Source of the DNA: Syntrophaceae bacterium
GTDB lineage: Bacteria > Desulfobacterota > Syntrophia > Syntrophales > Smithellaceae
Length of the DNA stretch: 64,000 bases
Direction of reading: 5' to 3'
NCBI GenBank assembly: GCA_003139775.1
Contig: PLGI01000080.1
Coordinates: 34,063-98,062, forward strand
Below, one piece after another: positions 56,236-64,000 of this stretch (position 1 is its first letter; every line of letters begins with the position of its first letter). The position numbers were made by a program, and so were the translations under genes. The notes under the pieces were generated by a model. The model made no database searches and was not told where the DNA came from. It worked only from the letters and a program-made list of their open reading frames with translations.

Positions 56236-57104
56236 GATACGCATATTATCCCGGTTGCTCTGCTCATTCTACTGCTCGTGACATGCATGAATCATGTCTG
56301 GCGGTATCAAAAGCGCTTGGTATTGAACTTAATGAAATAAAGGGCTGGACGTGTTGCGGTGCCAGTGCCGCTCATCAGACCGACCGGAAATTGGCTGTTT
56401 CTTTGGCTTCTGCCAACCTCCTTTTGGCCAAACAAATGGGTATGGACATGGTAGTCAATTGCGCCGCTTGCTACAACCGCTCAAAGACAGCCAATTATGA
56501 AATTATTAATTCCGAAAATGTAAGGAAATCGGTTGCCGATAGTCTTGGAGATACTTATGATGGTTCGGTTCCAGTACGGCACTTTGTTGAGATACTTTTG
56601 AAAGATATCGGACCGGTTAATTTACGTAAGAAAATTATTAACCCTTTAAGAGATCTGAAAGTGGCTGCTTATTATGGATGTTATCTTGTGCGTCCGTCGG
56701 AAGTAACCAACTTTGACGATCCTGAAAATCCAACGATCATGGAAAGCTTGATTGATGCGATAGGCGGTACTAATGTGGAGTGGTCGGGCAAAGTGGATTG
56801 CTGCGGTGGTATGCAAAATCTTACCCAAACGGAAATTACCGTCCGGCGTTCTGCGGCAGTAATAGATATGGCTCAGGCTGCCGGCGCCGAATGTATCGTC
56901 GTCGCCTGTCCCATGTGCCAAGTAAGCCTCGATGTCCGACAGGCAGACATGGAAAAACTTCTCGGCAGAAAATATAATATGCCGGTTATTTATCTTACGC
57001 AGTTAGTTGGTCTTGCTCTCGGACTTTCGCCTGTAGAACTCGGGTTTAACAAACTCATGGTAAATCCGGCAGCCGTATTAAACAAAGTCAAAGCAGCAGC
57101 CTAG
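56232..57104 (+). CDS. hdrB: Heterodisulfide reductase subunit B-like (two CCG domains)
   Basis: 290-aa ORF with YYPGCS...WTCCGAS...CAACY and YYGCY...VDCCGG...CPMCQ. ATGA overlap with hdrC. Confidence 0.88.
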   Translation: MRYAYYPGCSAHSTARDMHESCLAVSKALGIELNEIKGWTCCGASAAHQTDRKLAVSLASANLLLAKQMGMDMVVNCAACYNRSKTANYEIINSENVRKSVADSLGDTYDGSVPVRHFVEILLKDIGPVNLRKKIINPLRDLKVAAYYGCYLVRPSEVTNFDDPENPTIMESLIDAIGGTNVEWSGKVDCCGGMQNLTQTEITVRRSAAVIDMAQAAGAECIVVACPMCQVSLDVRQADMEKLLGRKYNMPVIYLTQLVGLALGLSPVELGFNKLMVNPAAVLNKVKAAA

Positions 57105-57155
57105 TAAAGACTGCTTATTGATAACAGATGATTAAAGGCTACTTAAGGTTAGAAT

Positions 57156-60100
57156 ATGCATAAAAGTGAAAAGAAATTAACAGGTGCGGTTCTTGTTCAG
57201 GGGGGAGGTATTGCCGGTATTCAGGCAGCCCTGGACCTCGCTGATTCCGGGTTCAAAGTCTATCTGGTTGAGCGTAATGCGGCTATCGGCGGCATGATGG
57301 CACAGCTGGACAAGACGTTCCCCACCGGAGATTGTGCCACCTGTATAGTATCGCCTAAACTTGTTGAATGCGCCCGCAATATCAATATTGAGATACTTAC
57401 CCTTTCTGAGCTCATCGGTTTGGAAGGAGAACCGGGTCATTTTAAAGCTAAAGTCAAGGTCTCTCCCAGATATGTGGATGAAATTAAGTGCAATGCGTGT
57501 GGTCAGTGCACGGATGTGTGTCCGGTCAACGTGCCCAATCCATTTGATCGTGAGATGGGTACGCGAAAGGCAATCGCCAAGCTCTATGCTCAAGCAACAC
57601 CTAACAAGTTTGGTATTCTAAAGAACGGGCATTCGCCGTGCAAGGTAGAGTGCCCGGCAAACATTAATGTCCAGGGCTACATTCAATTAATTAAGAAAAA
57701 GGAATACCTCAAGGCCGTTAATCTGATTCGGGAGCGAAACCCGCTCTCTGCCATCTGCGGACGGGTTTGTACACACCCATGTGAATCCAAATGCACGCGT
57801 AATGACATTGATTCATCCGTTTCCATAAGATTGTTGAAACGTTTCGCTTCAGACCAGGAAATGGAAATGGTCAGGTCCGGAAAACTAGCTCTTCCGGAAG
57901 AGAAGACTCCATCCATGAGTGCCAAAAAGATTGCTGTAATCGGCGCTGGGCCTGCCGGTCTTACTGCTGCCGCTGATCTAGCTGACAGGGGCTATGCTGT
58001 AACAGTTTACGAAGCCACGTCTGAAGCCGGCGGCATGCTACGCTGGGGAATCCCCGCTTACCGTCTACCGAAAGATGTGTTGAGCTACGAAATTGAACTG
58101 ATCCGCCGCAAGGGAATCAAGTTCGTCTACAAAACGCGTATCGGTACCGATATTTCCATGGAAAAATTACGCCAGGAAAATGATTCTGTCTTTATCAGTG
58201 TCGGTACACAGAGTAGCCGAAAGCTTAACGTCGAGGGTGAAGATAAAACCGGAATCTCCTACGGTCTGGAGTTCCTGCGTCGGGCCGGCGACAAAGACAA
58301 TCGTCCCAAACTGCGCGGTAAAGTCGTGGTAATCGGCGGCGGCAACGTCGCTGTTGATGTGGCCCGCTCCGCGATACGCCTCGGCGCCGACTCCGTTGAA
58401 ATGGTCTGCCTGGAACAGCGTTATGAGATGCCGGCTTTACCCGAAGAAGTTGCCGCCGCTCTCGAAGAGAACATAAAAATCAACAACGGCTGGGGCCCGA
58501 AGCGTGTTCTCGGAAACAGCAAAGTCAGCGGAATCGAGCTAAAACGCTGCACAAGAGTTTTTGATGAAAACGGCCGGTTCAGCCCCGCATACAGCGAGAA
58601 TGAAACGACCACATTAAATGCCGACCAAATCATCGTTGCCATCGGTCAAGCAATCGATCAGGAATCTCTCAGCAACATGGGAGCGGCAACTGAACGCAAT
58701 TTTTACAAAGTCGATAAGATCACCCTGGAAACATCAGTAAAAGGAGTATTTGCCGGTGGCGATGATATTCCGGGCAGCGCTTCCGTAATCGGCGCTGTGG
58801 GCGCGGGCAAACGGGCAGCGGAATCGATTGATCGTTATCTCAAAGGCGAAGACATGTTGTCCGCCCGGTTTGAATCAACCGTGAAACCTCTTGTTCCGGA
58901 ATTACTGCCGGAAACCAAAGGCAAAGAAAAGATACCGCGTACCGAGCAGGCAATGTTGCCGGTTACTCAACGTGCCAATAATTTCATTGAAATCGAAATG
59001 GGTCTTACTGAAGAAGATGCCCTCGCAGAAGCAGAGCGCTGCCTTAATTGCGCCCTCTGTTCAGAGTGTCTGGAATGCGTTGCCGCCTGTGAACAACATG
59101 CTGTTGACCATTTCATGACGGAAAGGATTATCGAGCTTGCTGTCGGTTCCGTTATCCTTGCACCCGGTTTTGAGGAGTTTGATGCTGCGAAAAAAGGTGA
59201 GTACGGCTACGATCGGTACCCGAATGTGATTTCCAGCGTACAGTTCGAGCGCATGCTTTCAGCTTCCGGACCATTCGACGGCCATGTGATTCGAAGATCC
59301 GACGGACAGCCGGCCAAACGAGTTGCTTGGATTCAGTGTGTCGGTTCACGGGATACTCGTTGTGGCAATGAGTATTGTTCTTCGGTCTGCTGTATGGTTT
59401 CCACAAAACAATCGATGATTGCCGCTGATCATTTGCCCGGGCTAGAAGCGACCATCTTTAACATGGATATTCGGGCTCATGGTAAGGACTTTGATCAGTA
59501 CTATGAGCGCGCCAAGAAGCAAGGTGTAAATTATGTAAAAGGCATACCGTCCCGCATCATCCAGATGCCCGGTACCAAAGACCTGCGGGCGACATTCTAT
59601 AACGAAGCCAATCAACTGCAGGAGAATGACTTTGACCTGGTTATTTTATCTGTAGGTATGGAACCCGGTTTATCTGCCGTGGATACTGCCAAACGTCTGG
59701 GAATTGAACTGAATGAATACGGTTTTTGCTTGACTGATCGCTTTACGCCGTTGAATACTTCGCGGCCAGGGGTTTTTGTCGGCGGCGCTTTCCAGGAACC
59801 GAAAGATATCCCGGAAACTGTCACCCAGGCCAGCGCCGCAGCTTCCATGGCCATGGAACTTTTATCCTCTGCCCGCAATACGCTGGTTGCCAAACCAATT
59901 TACCCGGCTGAGCACGATGTTACCGATGAAGATCCTCGAATCGGTGTTTTCATTTGCCACTGCGGCCGTAACATTGCATCTGTAGTCGATGTGGAGAAAG
60001 TAGCTGACTCTGTAGCTAAGGAACCGAATGTAATCTTAGCCACTCACACATTATTTACCTGTTCCGATACAAGTCTGGTCGATATTCGTAATGCTATCCG

Positions 60101-61622
60101 AGATAACCGGCTTAATCGAATTGTTGTGGCTTCCTGCACACCACGGACTCACGAACCGATCTTCAGAGATACTTTGCGTGAAGCAGGTTTGAACCAGTAT
60201 TTATTCGAAATGGCTAATATTCGTGATCAATGTTCATGGGTACACTCGACCATGCCTGAGAAAGCCACACAAAAAGCCTCAGAGCTGGTCAGGATGGCCA
60301 TAGCCCGCTCCCGCAGGTTGGTTCCACTACAAAGTTCTTATTCCAAAGTCGTCCAGAATGGTCTAGTGATCGGTGGCGGCATCAGCGGCATGACCTCTGC
60401 TCTTTCCCTAGCTGATCAGGGATTCAAAACACACTTGGTCGAAAGGTCGGATAAGCTGGGAGGTTACTGCCTCAATCTGCATTCCACTCTGGAACACGAT
60501 AAAGTTGATGGATTTCTCAACGCATTGATTAAACGTGTTCAGAATAATGACAACATCGTTCTGCACATGAACAGTGAAGTGAAAAACGTCGCCGGTTTTG
60601 TGGGTAATTTCGAGGTTACGCTTAGCAAGCTTAATGAAGAAACGATTGTGCCGTGCGGTGCAATCGTTGTCGCAACTGGAGCCATGCCAGCTGTTACCAA
60701 AGATTTCCATTATGGTCAGGATGCCAGTATCCTGACTCAATCGGAATTGGAAAACGCCTTACAAAGAGGCACTTTTTCTTCCGCCAATCGCAACATCGTC
60801 ATGATCCAGTGTGCCGGTTCACGCAATGAAGAAAGACCGTATTGCAGCCGTATTTGCTGTTCAATGGCAGTTAAGAATGCTCTCAAACTGAAAAAGCAGA
60901 ATCCCGATACAAATATCATCGTTCTCTACCGTGATATCCGCACTTATGGTTTCCGTGAAAAATATTATAAACAGGCCCGTGAAGCAGGCGTCATTTTTAT
61001 GAGATACGAAAACGATTATCCTCCGGTTATTTCCGACAATCATGGTCTAGTTACGTTGAAGAGTCCCGATTTTCCGGAACCGGTAGAAATTGAAACCGAT
61101 GCCATTGTGTTAAGTACGGGTATCGATGCCTTGAAGGATAACCGTAAGCTTGCGGACATGCTCAAGGTACCTTTGAATGGTGATGGCTTTTATGTGGAGG
61201 CTCACATGAAGCTACGGCCTGTCGAGTTTGCCACTGAAGGTATTTATCTTTGCGGCATGGCTCATTCGCCGAAAATGATCGATGAAAATATCTCGCAGGC
61301 AAGAGCGACCGCTGCCCGTGCGGCGACCATACTTTCCAAGGTTCAACTGGAAGTCGGCGGTCAGATCTCCAGCGTCGATCAGGAAAAATGTATATCCTGT
61401 ATGACCTGCGTGAGGGCGTGTCCTTATCATGCGCCGCTTGTTAATGTTAACAATAAAGCGGAAATTGTTGCCGCCGCGTGTATGGGTTGCGGCATTTGCG
61501 CTTCGGAATGTCCGGCACATGCCATCCAGTTGCGAAATTTCGAATCTGATCAGTTTGAAGATATGTTAAAAGCTTTATTATCAGAATCGGAGGAAAAGAA
61601 ACCGGCATCAGTACCGAAATAG
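57156..61622 (+). CDS. hdrA: Giant HdrA-like flavoprotein: HdrA interrupted by a GltD/NfnB-like NAD(P)H module, followed by a second HdrA unit
   Basis: 1488-aa ORF with four dinucleotide-binding motifs: GGGIAGIQAALDLA, GAGPAGLTAAADLA, GGGNVAVDVARSA and GGGISGMTSALSLA. It carries the GltD-type cluster region GRVCTHPCESKC. HdrA signatures WIQCVGSRD...YCSSVCC and IQCAGSRNE...YCSRICC are present. The C-terminal part reads CISCMTCVRACP/CMGCGICASECP. Confidence 0.85.
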   Translation: MHKSEKKLTGAVLVQGGGIAGIQAALDLADSGFKVYLVERNAAIGGMMAQLDKTFPTGDCATCIVSPKLVECARNINIEILTLSELIGLEGEPGHFKAKVKVSPRYVDEIKCNACGQCTDVCPVNVPNPFDREMGTRKAIAKLYAQATPNKFGILKNGHSPCKVECPANINVQGYIQLIKKKEYLKAVNLIRERNPLSAICGRVCTHPCESKCTRNDIDSSVSIRLLKRFASDQEMEMVRSGKLALPEEKTPSMSAKKIAVIGAGPAGLTAAADLADRGYAVTVYEATSEAGGMLRWGIPAYRLPKDVLSYEIELIRRKGIKFVYKTRIGTDISMEKLRQENDSVFISVGTQSSRKLNVEGEDKTGISYGLEFLRRAGDKDNRPKLRGKVVVIGGGNVAVDVARSAIRLGADSVEMVCLEQRYEMPALPEEVAAALEENIKINNGWGPKRVLGNSKVSGIELKRCTRVFDENGRFSPAYSENETTTLNADQIIVAIGQAIDQESLSNMGAATERNFYKVDKITLETSVKGVFAGGDDIPGSASVIGAVGAGKRAAESIDRYLKGEDMLSARFESTVKPLVPELLPETKGKEKIPRTEQAMLPVTQRANNFIEIEMGLTEEDALAEAERCLNCALCSECLECVAACEQHAVDHFMTERIIELAVGSVILAPGFEEFDAAKKGEYGYDRYPNVISSVQFERMLSASGPFDGHVIRRSDGQPAKRVAWIQCVGSRDTRCGNEYCSSVCCMVSTKQSMIAADHLPGLEATIFNMDIRAHGKDFDQYYERAKKQGVNYVKGIPSRIIQMPGTKDLRATFYNEANQLQENDFDLVILSVGMEPGLSAVDTAKRLGIELNEYGFCLTDRFTPLNTSRPGVFVGGAFQEPKDIPETVTQASAAASMAMELLSSARNTLVAKPIYPAEHDVTDEDPRIGVFICHCGRNIASVVDVEKVADSVAKEPNVILATHTLFTCSDTSLVDIRNAIRDNRLNRIVVASCTPRTHEPIFRDTLREAGLNQYLFEMANIRDQCSWVHSTMPEKATQKASELVRMAIARSRRLVPLQSSYSKVVQNGLVIGGGISGMTSALSLADQGFKTHLVERSDKLGGYCLNLHSTLEHDKVDGFLNALIKRVQNNDNIVLHMNSEVKNVAGFVGNFEVTLSKLNEETIVPCGAIVVATGAMPAVTKDFHYGQDASILTQSELENALQRGTFSSANRNIVMIQCAGSRNEERPYCSRICCSMAVKNALKLKKQNPDTNIIVLYRDIRTYGFREKYYKQAREAGVIFMRYENDYPPVISDNHGLVTLKSPDFPEPVEIETDAIVLSTGIDALKDNRKLADMLKVPLNGDGFYVEAHMKLRPVEFATEGIYLCGMAHSPKMIDENISQARATAARAATILSKVQLEVGGQISSVDQEKCISCMTCVRACPYHAPLVNVNNKAEIVAAACMGCGICASECPAHAIQLRNFESDQFEDMLKALLSESEEKKPASVPK

Positions 61623-61626
61623 GAAA

Positions 61627-62076
61627 ATGAATATGAATAATAACTTCGAACCTAAAATCGTGGCCTTTTGCTGCCACTATTGTGCCTATGCCGCCGCAGA
61701 TCTTGCCGGTTCAGGCCGTTTACAATATCCGCCTAATATCCGTATTATCCGGTCGCCGTGTACCGGCAGATTGGAAATCGACTTTTTTATGAAGGCCTTT
61801 GAGGCGGGCGCTGATGGCGTGCTGGTTGCCGGCTGTGAGGAAGGAAGTTGTCACTTCAAAGAAGGTAATTACCTAGCCAAGCGTCGGGTCAACACGACAA
61901 AACAGTTACTGCTGGAAGCAGGTCTGGAGCCGGAGCGGCTACGCATGGTGAATGTGAGCGCCGCCAGTTCCCAGAAATTTGTCGAATACGTTCGTGACAT
62001 GGTGGAGACCGTTGCGAAGCTTGGTCCCACGCGTAACAAAAAGACTACCACTAAAGAAAAAACAGGAGCAATATAA
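61627..62076 (+). CDS. mvhD: Methyl-viologen-reducing hydrogenase delta subunit-like protein (MvhD)
   Basis: 149-aa ORF reading KIVAFCCHYCAYAAADLAG...IRIIRSPCTGR...GADGVLVAGCEEGSCHF. Confidence 0.88.
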   Translation: MNMNNNFEPKIVAFCCHYCAYAAADLAGSGRLQYPPNIRIIRSPCTGRLEIDFFMKAFEAGADGVLVAGCEEGSCHFKEGNYLAKRRVNTTKQLLLEAGLEPERLRMVNVSAASSQKFVEYVRDMVETVAKLGPTRNKKTTTKEKTGAI

Positions 62077-62744
62077 TGATCGTTGCCGAAAGAAAAACCA
62101 TTCCTGAAATGGTCGAGATTTTAAAACCGCATAAGAAAATTCTGGTGCTGGGTTGTGGAACCTGCGTCACTGTCTGTTTGTCCGGAGGAGAACGGGAGGT
62201 CAGTATCATCTCTTCAGCGCTGCGAATCGCGTCACGCATTCAAGGCTTAAACTTTGAAATAGCTGAACTCACCATCGAGCGCCAGTGTGATAACATCTTC
62301 ATCGAACAGGCGGCAGAAGCCATCCAGAAAGCCGATGCAGTATTGTCAACGGCCTGCGGTGCCGGAGTCCAGGCTATTGCCGAACGTTATCCTCAGAAGC
62401 CGGTTTATGCCGGATTAAACACAACCTTCCTCGGTATTCTCGAGGAGCGCGGTGTATGGACGGAGAAGTGTGCTGCCTGTGGTGCCTGTGTCCTGCACAA
62501 ATACGGTGGTATCTGTCCAATCACCAGGTGCGCTAAGCGTATGATGAACGGGCCCTGTGGAGGGTCTCGCGAAGAGAGATGCGAAGTGCGAAAGGACAGA
62601 CCCTGTGCATGGCAGCTTATCTTCAAGAGGCTCAAGGATATCAATCAGCTCGAAAGGCTCAAGGAAATAGAACCAGCCAAGAACTGGAATTCAAGCCTGT
62701 CCGGAGGCCCCAGAATGTTAATAAGGGAGGACCATAAAATATAG
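62076..62744 (+). CDS. metV: Methylenetetrahydrofolate reductase zinc/iron-sulfur subunit (MetV, MTHFR_C domain)
   Basis: 222-aa ORF with LGCGTCVTVC, CAACGACVL and ITRCAKRMMNGPCGGS. TAATG overlap with mvhD. Confidence 0.8.
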   Translation: MIVAERKTIPEMVEILKPHKKILVLGCGTCVTVCLSGGEREVSIISSALRIASRIQGLNFEIAELTIERQCDNIFIEQAAEAIQKADAVLSTACGAGVQAIAERYPQKPVYAGLNTTFLGILEERGVWTEKCAACGACVLHKYGGICPITRCAKRMMNGPCGGSREERCEVRKDRPCAWQLIFKRLKDINQLERLKEIEPAKNWNSSLSGGPRMLIREDHKI

Positions 62745-63140
62745 TAATGGGCTGCCTGCATAATTGCTCTGCCGGTAATTTATATCAATGATGAAATGGT
62801 TTTTTTGCTTAATACGAACATGTGAAAGATTGATCACGTAAAAAGATGATTTGTCGAGAAAAGTCTGGATGGAAAAGGAAGCCATCTATGCTTAAAAGGC
62901 AAATAAGGGTTTCGAAGGCCATTATTGTTACTTTTATCATATTTGTGGTACAAAATTGTAATATTTGATATAGTATGTGATTCTTATTCACAGTAAAGCC
63001 CAATCAGCATCAAGTATTTTTAGTCCTGTTTTCATTATTGCGTTAAAATAGTAGTTTAATTTCGATGAGTCATAATGTCATCAATTTAGAGTGGACTAAT
63101 TGAATATGAATTGCTATAAGCTTAAGATGGTATTAATCCA

Positions 63141-63156
63141 TGGCATGTTTTTCGCT
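63141..63156 (+). promoter_or_regulatory. Sigma-54 (-24/-12) promoter of glnA
   Basis: TGGCATGTTTTTCGCT has GG (63142-43) - N10 - GC (63154-55), a close match to TGGCAC-N5-TTGCW. It lies 43 nt upstream of the glnA ATG. Confidence 0.7.
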
Positions 63157-63198
63157 ATTGTCTTTGGATAATAAATATTTAACACAAAGGAGTAATAT

Positions 63199-64000
63199 TA
63201 TGGCCGAAATAAAAACACCAAAGGATGTTCTTGAGTTAATTAAAAAGGAAAAGGTGAAGATAGTTGATCTGCGATTCATGGATTTCCCCGGAATTTGGCA
63301 GCATTGCAGCTATCCTATAAGTCAGATTGATGAAGCCGTATTTACCGAGGGATTGGGATTTGACGGTTCATCAATTCGCGGCTGGAGGGCGATTAATGAG
63401 TCTGATATGCTTATCATACCGGTGCCTTCCACTGCATTTATTGATCCCTTTACTGCTGTTAAGACCTTGGTGATGATATGCAACATCCAGGATCCTGTGA
63501 CCGGTGCCGATTACACCAGAGATCCCCGCAACATAGCAATAAAAGCGGAAAATTATCTCAAGAAGCTTGGCTTGGCTGATACGGCTTATTTTGGGCCGGA
63601 GGCGGAATTCTTTATTTTCGATGACATACGTTATGATCAGAAAACTAACGAAGGCTACTATCATATTGACAGCGTGGAAGGCATCTGGAACAGCGGCAGA
63701 GTTGAGGATCCAAACCTGGGCTATAAAGTTCGCCATAAAGAAGGGTATTTTCCTGTACCGCCTACCGATAGCCTGATGGATTTGCGCTCTGAAATGGCTC
63801 TAGCCCTTGAAAACATCGGGATTGAAGTTGAGGCTCAGCATCATGAAGTAGCTACAGCCGGACAGGCAGAGATTGATATGAAGTTTTCACCTCTGGTAGA
63901 AATGGCGGATAATCTATTAAAATTTAAATATATACTTAAGAACACTGCCAAGAAGTATAATAAGACAGTGACATTCATGCCGAAGCCGTTATTTGGCGAC
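63199..64000 (+). CDS. glnA: Glutamine synthetase type I (5' part; runs off the window)
   Basis: Not in the ORF track because there is no stop in the window. My own translation starts at ATG 63199 (AAGGAG 7 nt upstream). It reads MAEIKTPKDVLELIKKEKVKIVDLRFMDFPG...FGPEAEFFIFD...HHEVATAGQAEIDMKF...FMPKPLFGD. Confidence 0.92.

Noticed and set aside
48697-62744. Looked for in-frame TGA (selenocysteine) interruptions in the HdrA and MvhD genes, as occur in some sulfate reducers.
   Set aside because: All Hdr/Mvh ORFs are continuous with Cys at the expected motif positions, so there is no evidence for Sec decoding here.
62809-63003. 64-aa minus-strand ORF in the gap between metV and glnA, and ORFs 63371-63736 (-) and 63567-63776 (+).
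   Set aside because: The first lies in the AT-rich glnA regulatory region and has no RBS. The other two are shadows of the glnA reading frame.
1-64000. Scanned for CRISPR arrays, rRNA genes, prophage or integrase genes, and retron or reverse-transcriptase genes.
   Set aside because: I saw no regularly spaced direct repeats with spacers, no rRNA-like sequence, and no integrase, recombinase or RT ORFs. The only mobile-element trace is the IS110 fragment and the small hairpin repeats.

Overview
This 64-kb chromosomal window is gene-dense. I call about 55 protein genes, one tRNA-Gln(CUG), no rRNA and no CRISPR array. The gene content fits an anaerobic, Desulfobacterota-like bacterium: Hdr/Mvh/MetFV redox modules, sigma-54 control, radical-SAM enzymes and ETF-linked acyl-CoA metabolism. 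That taxonomic guess is inference only. All calls come from reading the ORF translations and the DNA by eye; no database search was run.

The left two-thirds holds housekeeping and metabolic genes:
- Nudix, thioredoxin, ybaK, a paaK-like ligase, acyl-CoA dehydrogenase plus etfBA, a fused double thyX, murI.
- A lysA-like decarboxylase, PiT/DUF47, mutM, pdxST, hisHF, mnmG.

Accessory features are interspersed among these:
- An IS110 transposase scar.
- A multi-hairpin repeat family with at least 3 copies plus hairpin-only fragments.
- A kamA + two Ddl-like ATP-grasp + DUF486 + GNAT operon.
- A long-hairpin ncRNA candidate.
- A TetR gene with duplicated palindromic operators, bracketed by inverted repeat copies.
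- An AT-rich three-gene island of unknown function downstream of mnmG.

The right third looks like a nitrogen-assimilation neighbourhood:
- An intact GAF/sigma-54 enhancer-binding protein, and a decayed paralog lying just upstream of the big operon.
- A class I amidotransferase and a citrate synthase.
- glnA with a near-consensus sigma-54 promoter. It runs off the window and is absent from the ORF track.
- A tightly packed 10-gene, 14-kb operon (48697-62744).

That operon is the most interesting feature. It places a split archaeal-type glutamate synthase (two FMN-domain paralogs and a GATase-II/GXGXG fusion) inside a MetF...HdrC-HdrB-giant HdrA/GltD/HdrA-MvhD-MetV set. This suggests an Hdr-coupled, possibly electron-bifurcating, GOGAT/methylene-THF reductase system.
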